64,000 bases of DNA from Eledone cirrhosa (taxonomy: Eukaryota), in the NCBI GenBank assembly GCA_964016885.1, contig OZ024741.1, forward strand, positions 34,224,001-34,288,000. Direction: 5' to 3'. This document shows positions 1 through 10,596 of the stretch, piece after piece. Each line of letters starts with the position of its first letter. Positions within the stretch are counted from its first letter, which is position 1. A program made the position numbers and the translations under genes. The notes beneath the pieces were generated by a model. That model had not been told where the DNA came from. It searched no databases and saw only the letters and a program-made list of their open reading frames with translations.

Positions 1-3000
1 TATGTATTAGGTAGTGGAGTACAGTGATGGTGAGGAATAGCTAGTAAAGAGTATGTATTGGGTAGTGGAGTACAGTGATGGTGAGGAATAGCTAGTAAAG
101 AGTATGTATTAGGTAGTGGAGTACAGTGATGGTGAGGAATAGCTAGTAAAGAGTATGTATTGGGTAGTGGAGTACAGTGATGGTGAGGAATAGCTAGTAA
201 AGAGTATGTATTAGGTAGTGGAGTACAGTGATGGTGAGGAATAGCTAGTAAAGAGTATGTATTGGGTAGTGGAGTACAGTGATGGTGAGGAATAGCTAGT
301 AAAGAGTATGTATTAGGTAATGGAGTAAAGTGAAGGTGAGGAATAGCTAGTAAAGAGTATGTATTAGGTAGTGGAGTACAGTGATGGTGAGGAATAGCTA
401 GTAAAGAGTATGTATTAGATAGTGGAGTACAGTGATGGTGAGGAATAGCTAGTAAAGAGTATGTATTAGGTAGTGGAGTAAAGTGATGGTGAGGAATAGC
501 TAGTAAAGAGTATGTATTAGGTAGTGGAGTACAGTGATGGTGAGGAATAGCTAGTAAAGAGTATGTATGGGGTAGTGGAGTACAGTGATGGTGAGGAATA
601 GCTAGTAAAGAGTATGTATTGGGTAGTGGAGTAAAGTGATGGTGCGGAATAGCTAGTAAAGAGTATGTATTAGGTAGTGGAGTACAGTGATGGTGAGGAA
701 TAGCTAGTAAAGAGTATGTATTAGGTAGTGGAGTACAGTGATTGTGAGGAATAGCTAATAAAGAGTATGTATTGGGTAGTGGAGTACAGTGATGGTGAGG
801 AATAGCTAGTAAAGAGTATGTATTAGGTAGTGGAGTACAGTGATTGTGAGGAATAGCTAATAAAGAGTATGTATTGGGTAGTGGAGTACAGTGATGGTGA
901 GGAATAGCTAGTAAAGAGTATGTATTAGGTAGTGGAGTACAGTGATTGTGAGGAATAGCTAATAAAGAGTATGTATTGGGTAGTGGAGTACAGTGATGGT
1001 GAGGAATAGCTAGTAAAGAGTATGTATTGGGTAGTGGAGTACAGTGATGGTGAGGAATAGCTAGTAAAGAGTATGTATTGGGTAGTGGAGTACAGTGATG
1101 GTGAGGAATAGCTAGTAAAGAGTATGTATTGGGTAGTGGAGTACAGTGATGGTGAGGAATAGCTAGTAAAGAGTATGTATTGGGTAGTGGAGTACAGTGA
1201 TGGTGAGGAATAGCTAGTAAAGAGTATGTATTGGGTAGTGGAGTACAGTGATGGTGAGGAATAGCTAGTAAAGAGTATGTATTGGGTAGTGGAGTACAGT
1301 GATGGTGAGGAATAGCTAGTAAAGAGTATGTATTGGGTAGTGGAGTACAGTGATGGTGAGGAATAGCTAGTAAAGAGTATGTATTAGGTAGTGGAGTACA
1401 GTGATGGTGAGGAATAGCTAGTAAAGAGTATGTATTGGGTAGTGGAGTACAGTGATGGTGAGGAATAGCTAGTAAAGAGTATGTATTGGGTAGTGGAGTA
1501 CAGTGATGGTGAGGAATAGCTAGTAAAGAGTATGTAATAGGTAGTGGAGTACAGTGATGGTGAGGAATAGCTAGTAAAGAGTATGTATTGGGTAGTGGAG
1601 TACAGTGATGGTGAGGAATAGCTAGTAAAGAGTATGTATTGGGTAGTGGAGTACAATGATGGTGAGGAATATCTAGTAAAGAGTATGTATTAGGTAGTGG
1701 AGTAAAGTGATGGTGAGGAATAGCTAGTAAAGAGTATGTATTAGGTAGTGGAGTACAGTGATTGTGAGGAATAGCTAGTAAAGAGTATGTATTGGGTAGT
1801 GGAGTACAGTGATGGTGAGGAATAGCTAGTAAAGAGTATGTATTAGGTAGTGGAGTACAGTGATGGTGAGGAATAGCTAGTAAAGAGTATGTATTGGGTA
1901 GTGGAGTACAGTGATGGTGAGGAATAGCTAGTAAAGAGTATGTATTAGGTAGTGGAGTAAAGTGATGGTGAGGAATAGCTAGTAAAGAGTATGTATTGGG
2001 TAGTGGAGTACAATGATGGTGAGGAATAGCTAGTAAAGAGTATGTATTGGGTAGTGGAGTACAGTGATGGTGAGGAATAGCTAGTAAAGAGTATGTATTG
2101 GGTAGTGGAGTACAGTGATGGTGAGGAATAGCTAGTAAAGAGTATGTATTGGGTAGTGGAGTACAATGATGGTGAGGAATAGCTAGTAAAGAGTATGTAT
2201 TGGGTAGTGGAGTACAGTGATGGTGAGGAATAGCTAGTAAAGAGTATGTATTGGGTAGTGGAGTACAATGATGGTGAGGAATAGCTAGTAAAGAGTATGT
2301 ATTGGGTAGTGGAGTACAGTGATGGTGAGGAATAGCTAGTAAAGAGTATGTATTAGGTAGTGGAGTAAAGTGATGGTGAGGAATAGCTAGTAAAGAGTAT
2401 GTATTGGGTAGTGGAGTACAGTGATGGTGAGGAATAGCTAGTAAAGAGTATGTATTGGGTAGTGGAGTACAGTGATGGTGAGGAATAGCTAGTAAAGAGT
2501 ATGTATTGGGTAGTGGAGTACAATGATGGTGAGGAATAGCTAGTAAAGAGTATGTATTGGGTAGTGGAGTACAGTGATGGTGAGGAATAGCTAGTAAAGA
2601 GTATGTATTAGGTAGTGGAGTAAAGTGATGGTGAGGAATAGCTAGTAAAGAGTATGTATTGGGTAGTGGAGTACAGTGATGGTGAGGAATAGCTAGTAAA
2701 GATTATGTATTGGGTAGTGGAGTACAGTGATGGTGAGGAATAGCTAGTAAAGAGTATGTATTAGGTAGTGGAGTACAGTGATGGTGAGGAATAGCTAGTA
2801 AAGAGTATGTATTGGGTAGTGGAGTACAGTGATGGTGAGGAATAGCTAGTAAAGAGTATGTATTAGGTAGTGGAGTACAGTGGTTGTGAGGAATAGCTAG
2901 TAAAGAGTATGTATTAGGTAGTGGAGTAAAGTGATGGTGCGGAATAGCTAGTAAAGAGTATGTATTGGGTAGTGGAGTACAGTGATGGTGAGGAATAGCT

Positions 3001-4131
3001 AGTAAAGAGTATGTATTGGGTAGTGGAGTACAGTGATGGTGAGGAATAGCTAGTAAAGAGTATGTATTGGGTAGTGGAGTACAGTGATGGTGAGGAATAG
3101 CTAATAAAGAGTATGTATTGGGTAGTGGAGTACAATGATGGTGAGGAATATCTAGTAAAGAGTATGTATTGGGTAGTGGAGTAAAGTGATGGTGAGGAAT
3201 AGCTAGTAAAGAGTATGTATTAGGTAGTGGAGTACAGTGATGGTGAGGAATAGCTAGTAAAGAGTATGTATTGGGTAGTGGAGTACATTGATGGTGAGGA
3301 ATAGCTAGTAAAGAGTATGTATTGGGTAGTGGAGTACAGTGATGGTGAGGAATAACTAGTAAAGAGTATGTATTGGGTAGTGGAGTTCAGTGATGTTGAG
3401 GAATAGCTAGTAAAGAGTATGTATTAGGTAGTGGAGTACAGTGATGGTGAGGAATAGCTAGTAAAGAGTATGTATTAGGTAGTGGAGTAAAGTGATGGTG
3501 CGGAATAGCTAGTAAAGAGTATGTATCGGGTAGTGGAGTACAGTGATGGTGCGGAATAGCTAGTAAAGAGTATGTATTGTGTAGTGGAGTACAGTGATGG
3601 TGCGGAATAGCTAGTAAAGAGTATGTATTGGGTAGTGGAGTACAGTGATGGTGAGGAATAGCTAGTAAAGAGTATGTATTAGGTAGTGGAGTACAGTGAT
3701 GGTGAGGAATAGCTAGTAAAGAGTATGTATTGGGTAGTGGAGTACAGTGATGGTGAGAAATAGCTAGTAAAGAGTATGTATTAGGTAGTGGAGTACAGTG
3801 ATGGTGAGGAATAGCTAGTAAAGAGTATGTATTGGGTAGTGGAGTACAGTGATGGTGAGGAATAGCTAGTAAAGAGTATGTATTAGGTAGTGGAGTACAG
3901 TGATGGTGAGGAATAGCTAGTAAAGAGTATGTACTGGGTAGTTGAGTACAGTGATGGTGAGGAATAGCTAGTAAAGAGTATGTATTAGGTAGTGGAGTAC
4001 AGTGATGGTGAGGAATAGCTAGTAAAGTGTATGTATTAGGTAGCGGAGTACAGTGATGGTGAGGAATAGCTAGTAAAGAGTATGTATTAGGTAGCGGAGT
4101 ACAGTGATGGTGAGGAATAGCTAGTAAAGAG
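1..4131. repeat. 51-bp tandem minisatellite, about 81 copies, runs off the left window edge
   Basis: Unit TATGTATTGGGTAGTGGAGTACAGTGATGGTGAGGAATAGCTAGTAAAGAG repeats with period 51. The main variant is ATTAGG/ATTGGG. Confidence 0.98.
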
Positions 4132-5960
4132 CAGGAATTGGTTGGTGGTGTACAGTGCGAGCTAAGAGACCTACTAAAGAGCAGGAATTGGTTGGTGGTG
4201 TACAGTGAGAGCTAAGAGAGCTACTAAAGAGCAGGGATTGGTTGGTGGTGTACTGTGAGAGCTAAGAGAGCTACTAAAGAGCAGGAATTGGTTGGTATTG
4301 TACAGTGAGCGCTAAGAGAGCTACTAAAGAGCAGGAATTAGTTGGTGGTGTACAGTGAGAGCTAAGAGAGCTACTAAAGAGCAGGAATTGGTTGGTGGTG
4401 TACAGTAAGAACTAAGAGAGCTACTAAAGAGCAGGAATTGGTTGGTGGTGTACAGTGAGTGCTAAGAGAGCTACTAAAGAGCAGGAATTGGTTGGTGGTG
4501 TACAGTGAGAGCTAAGAGAGCTACTAAAGAGCTGGAATTGGTTGGTGGTGTACAGTGAGAGCTAAGAGACTTACTAAAGAGCAGGAATTGGTTGGTGGTG
4601 TACAGTGAGAGCCAAGAGAGCTACTAAAGAGCAGGAATTGGTTGTTGGTGTACAGTGAGAGCTAAGAGAGCTACTAAAGAGCAGGAATTGGTTGGTGGTA
4701 TACAGTGAGAGCTAAGAGAGCTACTAAAGAGCAGGAATTGGTTGGTGGTGTACAGTGAGAGCTAAGAGAGCTACTAAAGAGCAGGAATTGGTTGGTGGTG
4801 TACAGTGAGAGCTAAGAGACATACTAAAGAGCAGGAATTGGTCCGTGGTGTACAGTGAGAGCTAAGAGAGCTACTAAAGAGCAGGAATTGGTTGGTGGTG
4901 TACAGTGAGAGCTAAGAGAGCTACTAAAGAGCTGGAATTGGTTGGTGGTGTACAGTGAGAGCTAAGAGACTTACTAAAGAGCAGGAATTGGTTGGTGGTA
5001 TACAGTGAGAGCCAAGAGAGCTACTAAAGAGCAGGAATTGGTTGTTGGTGTACAGTGAGAGCTAAGAGAGCTACTAAAGAGCAGGAATTGGTTGGTGGTA
5101 TACAGTGAGAGCTAAGAGAGCTACTAAAGAGCAGGAATTGGTTGGTGGTGTACAGTGAGAGCTAAGAGAGCTACTAAAGAGCAGGAATTGGTTGGTGGTG
5201 TACACTGAGCACTAGGAGAGCTAGTAAAGAGCAGGAATTGGTTGGTAGTGTACAGTGAGAGCTACTAAAGAGCAGGAATTGGTTGGTGGTGTACACTGAG
5301 CGCTAGGAGAGCTAGTAAAGAGCAGGAATTGGTTGGTGGTGTACAGTGAGAGCTACTAAAGAGCAGGAATTGGTTGGTGGTGTACAGTGAGCTCTAAGAG
5401 AGCTACTAAAGAGCAGGAATTGGTTGGTGGTGTACAGTGAGGGCTAGGAGAGCTAGTAAAGAGCAGGAACTGGTTGGTGTGTGTACAGTGAGGGCTAAGA
5501 GAGCTACTAAAGAGCAAGAATTGGTTGGTGGTGTACAGTGAGCGCTAAGAGAGCTACTAAAGAGCAGGAATTGGTTGTTGGTGTACAGTGAGGGCTAGGA
5601 GAGCTAGTAAAGAACAGGAATTGGTTGGTGGTGTACAGTGAGAGCTAAGAGAGCTACTAAAGTGCAGGAATTGGTTGGTGGTGTACAGTGAGCGCTAAGA
5701 GAGCTACTAAAGAGCAGGAATTGGTTGGTGGTGTACAGTGAGGGCTAGGAGAGCTAGTAAAGAGCAGGAATTTGTTGGTGGTGTACAGTGAGAGCTAAGA
5801 GAGCTACTAAAGAGCAGGAATTGGTTGGTTGTGTACAGTGAGAGCTAGGAGAGTTACTAAAGAGCAGGAATTGGTTGGTGGTGTACAGTGAGAGCTAAGA
5901 GACCTACTAAAGAGCAGGAATTGATTGGTGGTGTACAGTGAGGGCTAGGAGAGCTAATAA
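4132..5960. repeat. 50-bp tandem minisatellite, about 36 copies, homologous to the 51-bp array
   Basis: Unit GCAGGAATTGGTTGGTGGTGTACAGTGAGAGCTAAGAGAGCTACTAAAGA, with two 40-bp deletion units near 5260-5360. Aligns 37/51 to the 51-bp unit by hand. Confidence 0.97.
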
Positions 5961-6060
5961 GGTGTGCTAAGATAGGAGAGAGGAACACATAAATGTGTCA
6001 GGTCACATCTATGCTGGTAGGCATTCACCAGTTCTTGTAGTCCTTTGTCATCTCAAATGT

Positions 6061-6096
6061 AAAAAGTGCAGTGGGATTACAGGCAAGCTGACAGAA
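6061..6096 (+). mobile_element. Tiny RTE LINE relic (PHD-finger region)
   Basis: Translates KKCSGITGKLTE, matching HKRCSGITGKLTK of the RTE ORFs at 9-13 kb. Confidence 0.6.
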
Positions 6097-6634
6097 ATAC
6101 TTTGTATGTAACAAGTTGTTGGAAGTGTGTGTGGGGGAGGGGGGGGGTTAATTTTTCTAGGTTGTCTCCATTGATTTTTTTGGGGGAAAACCAGAACTAG
6201 TCGTTTATTTTACATATTGAGACCCCCAACCCATCCTATTTATTTTATAACATATGGGATTTCTAGTAATGTACTTTTTTTTGTCATATATAATGTTTTT
6301 TTAATATACAAAGAATGTTAATTTTTGCAGGAATGCTATCACTTAAAAACAAAATTTTTCCGGGGATAGATTTGCAAAATTTAATTAGTGGGGTGTGGGG
6401 GTGTAGGAATGGGGGAGGGGATCTGAAAAATTAAAAGTGGGGGTAGGGGAACGATTATTCAAGACCCGAAAGTAAGAGCAACCATGAAATACCTGAAAGA
6501 TTCGATAGAAATACTTAACAAATTAGTATGCTTGTTTTCTCCATACTAAATACAGACCCAGCAAGGTCTCACATGTAATATACTGAATTAAAAACCTTTG
6601 TTTAACCCCTTTAGCATTTACATTACTCTATATA

Positions 6635-7941
6635 CAAGGTGCGGACAATATTTGTTCGCAAGATTACTGTCTATGAAAAAATAACACAGTAGTTATATTT
6701 TTTAAGATGTATTTATCAAACTTGGGTCAGTTAGTCTTCATGACTTGTTCTTTCGATCTCACTCGATAATCCCGCCATTGGCTTTGATGACGGTCTCAAG
6801 GCGGCCTCGGAATCGGCTACAGGCCTTCGTCACTGTCCCCCGACTTAGGCCCCTAAAGGCACTTGTGATCCTGGCCTTCAGATCGTCTTTCATAGTGCAG
6901 CTAGATCTGTTGGTGTCTCGTTCTACTGCGCCCCACACAAAGAAGTCGAGGGGGTTGCAGTCAGGCGAGCTGGGAGGCCAGATCTCAGGTGAAGTGTGGT
7001 CGACAAAGTTCTCTGACAGCCAGGCTTGGGTCTTTCGGCTGGTATGGCAGAGCGCTGAGTCTTGCTGCCACACGTACGGCCTTCCTGCAGCTACCTGGTC
7101 GATCCAGGGCTTTACTACCTTGCTCAGAACGTGGATGTAGTCATCGGTGTTCAGCTTGAGGCTCTCAGGGAAGAAGTGAGGTGGCATGACGTCACCTTGA
7201 CTGCTGACGACACCTAAGACCAATGTTGTCGCTGGAAACTTTGTCTGCATGACTCTGGGCACGTCTTTGGATGAGACAGCGAGCCACCTATTGTTCTGGG
7301 AGTTGATCTTCTGGCCTTGGCAGAAGTTTTTCTCGTCGGAGAAAAACCACAGCATCTCTGGCTCTAGTGGGTGTTTCAACTTGTTGATCAGCTTCTTTGC
7401 ATGCTTCAGTCGCTTTTCTTGCATCACCTTTGACAGAAATTGTCCTTTCCTCATCTTGTATGAAACGTAGCGAATGTCTTCATGTACCACCAGCCTAATG
7501 AACTTTTCATCCACACCTTTCTCCCTTGCAATGGCACTCATCGACTTGCTAGGTTCCTTGTTGATGATATCCTGAACTTCAGTGACGAACTCGGGCGTTC
7601 TGAAGGCGTCAGATCGTCGATCATGTGTTTTCCTCTCTGATGTTGCTTCGTAGTCGAATGCTGAATCTTCCAATTCCTTTTTGACCTTTTCCACCATTCT
7701 CCTGCTGACGCCGAGAAAGTCTGAAATTTCCTTATTTGTCCTCCCGGCGCGGATTCCAAAAAGACCTCCGTGTCTCTTCCACACATTTGGAGGTTCAAAA
7801 TTATTCATAATCAATTATTCTGAAAATAAATAATGGAAATATAGTCACTGTTTTTATGAAGACAAGAGTGACAATGGAAGTAAAAAAAGTTTGCATAAAA
7901 TTAGCAGTTGAAAATTGCGAACAAATATCGTCCACACCCTG
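6635..7941 (-). mobile_element. Full-length Tc1/mariner DD37D (maT) DNA transposon, 1307 bp
   Basis: 27-bp TIRs at 6635-6661 (CAAGGTGCGGACAATATTTGTTCGCAA) and 7915-7941 match 24/27. TA target duplication at 6633-6634 and 7942-7943. Contains a transposase ORF. Confidence 0.96.
6759..7808 (-). CDS. DD37D (maT-family) transposase, 349 aa from the first ATG
   Basis: Uninterrupted ORF with an N-terminal HTH-like region and catalytic motifs FFSDEKNF, WQQDSA and WPPSSPDCNPLD. Exactly 37 residues lie between the 2nd and 3rd catalytic D. Confidence 0.93.
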   Translation of the reverse strand: MNNFEPPNVWKRHGGLFGIRAGRTNKEISDFLGVSRRMVEKVKKELEDSAFDYEATSERKTHDRRSDAFRTPEFVTEVQDIINKEPSKSMSAIAREKGVDEKFIRLVVHEDIRYVSYKMRKGQFLSKVMQEKRLKHAKKLINKLKHPLEPEMLWFFSDEKNFCQGQKINSQNNRWLAVSSKDVPRVMQTKFPATTLVLGVVSSQGDVMPPHFFPESLKLNTDDYIHVLSKVVKPWIDQVAAGRPYVWQQDSALCHTSRKTQAWLSENFVDHTSPEIWPPSSPDCNPLDFFVWGAVERDTNRSSCTMKDDLKARITSAFRGLSRGTVTKACSRFRGRLETVIKANGGIIE

Positions 7942-8692
7942 TATACTATTGTATTTTCATGGTACAGGCTTAATCTCACATATTGAATCTATGAGAACTT
8001 GATATTTATTTTGAGAACAATATCTATGAGTATGCATAGCCGTTTACGGCCGGTTTGAATAGGAAAATGTGAGAGAATTCTGGCCAGTTACGGCTGGTTT
8101 AAATGCTAAAGGGTTAACAGAAATTATTGATGCAGTTTCGACAGTGTTTGAATTCAAAACTAAGGTAAGGTAGATAACTCCAATGAAATGTACTAAAAAT
8201 TGGAGATTTTTGGAAACTAAGAGACATTGCAGATGATAGAGGATCTTATCTTTAAAGCCAACTGGTAAAAGCAATAGACATGTCATTTGCCCACTTCAGT
8301 AAAGCATATACTATTCAGTTGTTAGATTTGGTGAACAGTATATATAGAAATAAAGGAGTTCTAATGATAGTGGCTTTTTTTTTAATGAATTTCAGTTAGT
8401 TGGATTTATTAAAGTTATCTCCCTTGTTAATTTTTTGTTTTATTGTTTGTAAGATTTTAAATACACCTAGAGTTAATTTTTGTCAGTTGTCGATTTCAGT
8501 TAATTGAAAGTTCTCAACTAATGATATTACATATGTGAATACCTACTATGTATATATATATATATATATATATAAATATTTATATACTCGCAAATGTATA
8601 TATATATCGTCATCATCATCGTTTAACGTCCATCTTCCACGCTAGCATGATGCATACATATGTAAACGTGTGCGTGTGTGTATATATATATA

Positions 8693-10517
8693 TCATCATC
8701 ATCATCAACGTTTAACGTCCGTGTTCCATGCTTGCATGGGTTTGGACGGGGGTATTCCCACTTGAGGCAAGAGTGATTGTCTTGCTCGCATAGGACTGTC
8801 TGGCAGGTATTCTACAGTTGGATGCCCTTCCTAACACCAACCACATTTACAGTGTGGGACTGGGAGGTTTTTACCGTGTTGCCTACACGGCCACATTACA
8901 GCGTGGACTGTGTGTTTTTTTGTCGTGACACCTACACGATCTCATTTGTTTCGGCCTGGATGTTGTGGCACCAACATAACTTTACATAAGAGGGGGTGGT
9001 GTGGATGGGGTGTGGGTGGTGGGACGGGGGTGTATTTTGTTAGGGATGCCTACTGGCTGTAGTAGGTTTTACTATGTATTTAGGTAAGGCGGGTCTTCTC
9101 TATTACTGAGTACCGCCAAAGGTCTCGGTCCAGTGACATTGTCTTGGAGAGGTGTAATTGTGTGAGGTCGGAGTTTATCAGCTCGTCCCAGGTTTTTCTA
9201 GGTCTGCCTATTCCGTGGCTACCGTCTATCTTTATTGCCCTGCACTTTGTTATACAGCTATCGACTTTCATGCGCATCACGTGTCCGTACCAACGTAGCC
9301 TTCTTTCGAGTAAACAACATCTGATCCCTCTTATTTCTAATTTTTTCCTTAGTTCGTTTATGCTTTGCCGTTCACGTATATTACTATTACACATCCAGCG
9401 GAGCATGCAAGCTTCGTTCCTCTCTAGTCTGCGTATATCCTCTGCGCACAATGCCCAGGTCTCACTGCCATGCAACATTGCTGTTCGTATGCAGGCATCA
9501 TACAACCTGCCTTTCATTTTTAGGGAGAACCCTTTAGCGGCTAATAGTGGTATAAGCTCTCTGAACTTTTTCCATCCAGTTCTGACTCTAGCTACTGTAC
9601 TTTCGGAGCACCCTCCCCCACTGCTGATTTTGTCACCCAGGTAACGGAAGCTGTCCACTATTTCTATAGAGCCCTCTGCGCAATTGAAAGAGTTAGTATT
9701 TTGTGGGCACTCGCTGCTACTTATTGCACCAGAGCACCGCCCACATGTAAAATCTAAGTTCTTAGTTAGCTTACCTGTGATCCCACTACATCTTTTATGC
9801 ACCTATACTTTGCATTTGGGACATAAAATGGAGTTTCTACCTACGCCTTTCCTACACACTGAGCATGGCCATTTCCCGGAAGGGACCGCCGCCTTATTTT
9901 CTTTCCTACAAACTAGAACTTTAGTCTTAGCCAGGTTAATTTTAAAGCCTTTTGATTCTAGGCCGTGCTTCCATGTTTGGAATTTCTTCTCTAGCTCGGC
10001 CATTGATTCAGCTATGAGTGTCAGGTTGTCTGTGTATAGGAGTTCCCATGGGCAGCCGGTCTTGAACTCCTCTGTTATAGCCTGAAGGGCAATAATAAAT
10101 AGTAGGGGGCTGAGAACAGAGCCCTGATGGACGCCAACTTTTACGCTAAACTCTTCACTATATTCGTTGCTGACTGTTTCTTTATACATGGCTTGTATAG
10201 CTCTCACAAGCCATTCGTCGACACCTAGTTTTCTAAGGGCCCACCAGATAATGGAACGGGGGACTCTGTCGAAGGCTTTCTCCAAGTCGACAAAAGCTAA
10301 GTAGAGGGGTTTACCTTTAGCTAGGTACTTCTCCTGTAGTTGACGTACAATGAAAAGAGCGTCTGTGGTACTTTTGCCTGACACAAACCCGAACTGCATT
10401 TCATCTAGGTCAATTCTCTCTCTGATTAGTTGCGCTATTACTTTTTCCGTGACCTTCATGACCTGGTCGATTAATTTAATGCCTCTATAGTTACTCCTAT
10501 CTAGGGCATCTCCCTTA
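8693..10517 (-). mobile_element. RTE-clade LINE copy A, 5'-truncated and inactive
   Basis: RT motifs (AFVDLEKAFD, GVHQGSVLSPLLF), YADD mutated to YTDN, in-frame stop at 9803-9805, 5-aa deletion versus copy [14 protein letters not shown]-terminus, about 380-bp 3' UTR and (TGA)n tail. Confidence 0.95.
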
Positions 10518-10596
10518 TGTAGTGAAAGAGTGAAGAATAACATGATCGGCTGTACATATATGTATATACATACATACGTAAACGCGTGTGTGTGTA

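Larger units (their letters stand above)
6606..8113. mobile_element. TTAA-flanked piggyBac-type MITE (about 200 bp), split by the maT insertion
   Basis: TTAA|CCCCTTTAGCATTTA at 6602-6620 and TAAATGCTAAAGGG|TTAA at 8100-8117. An uninterrupted paralog lies at 15330-15537. Confidence 0.88.

Noticed and set aside
1-5960. CRISPR-like regular repeats and short YSTTQYILFTSYSSPSL ORFs
   Set aside because: The units are contiguous with no unique spacers, there are no cas genes, and the context is eukaryotic. The ORFs arise because the 51-bp unit is a multiple of 3 and are broken by a common stop variant.
6745-7470. + strand ORFs overlapping the transposase
   Set aside because: Antisense shadows of the transposase with no recognisable motifs.
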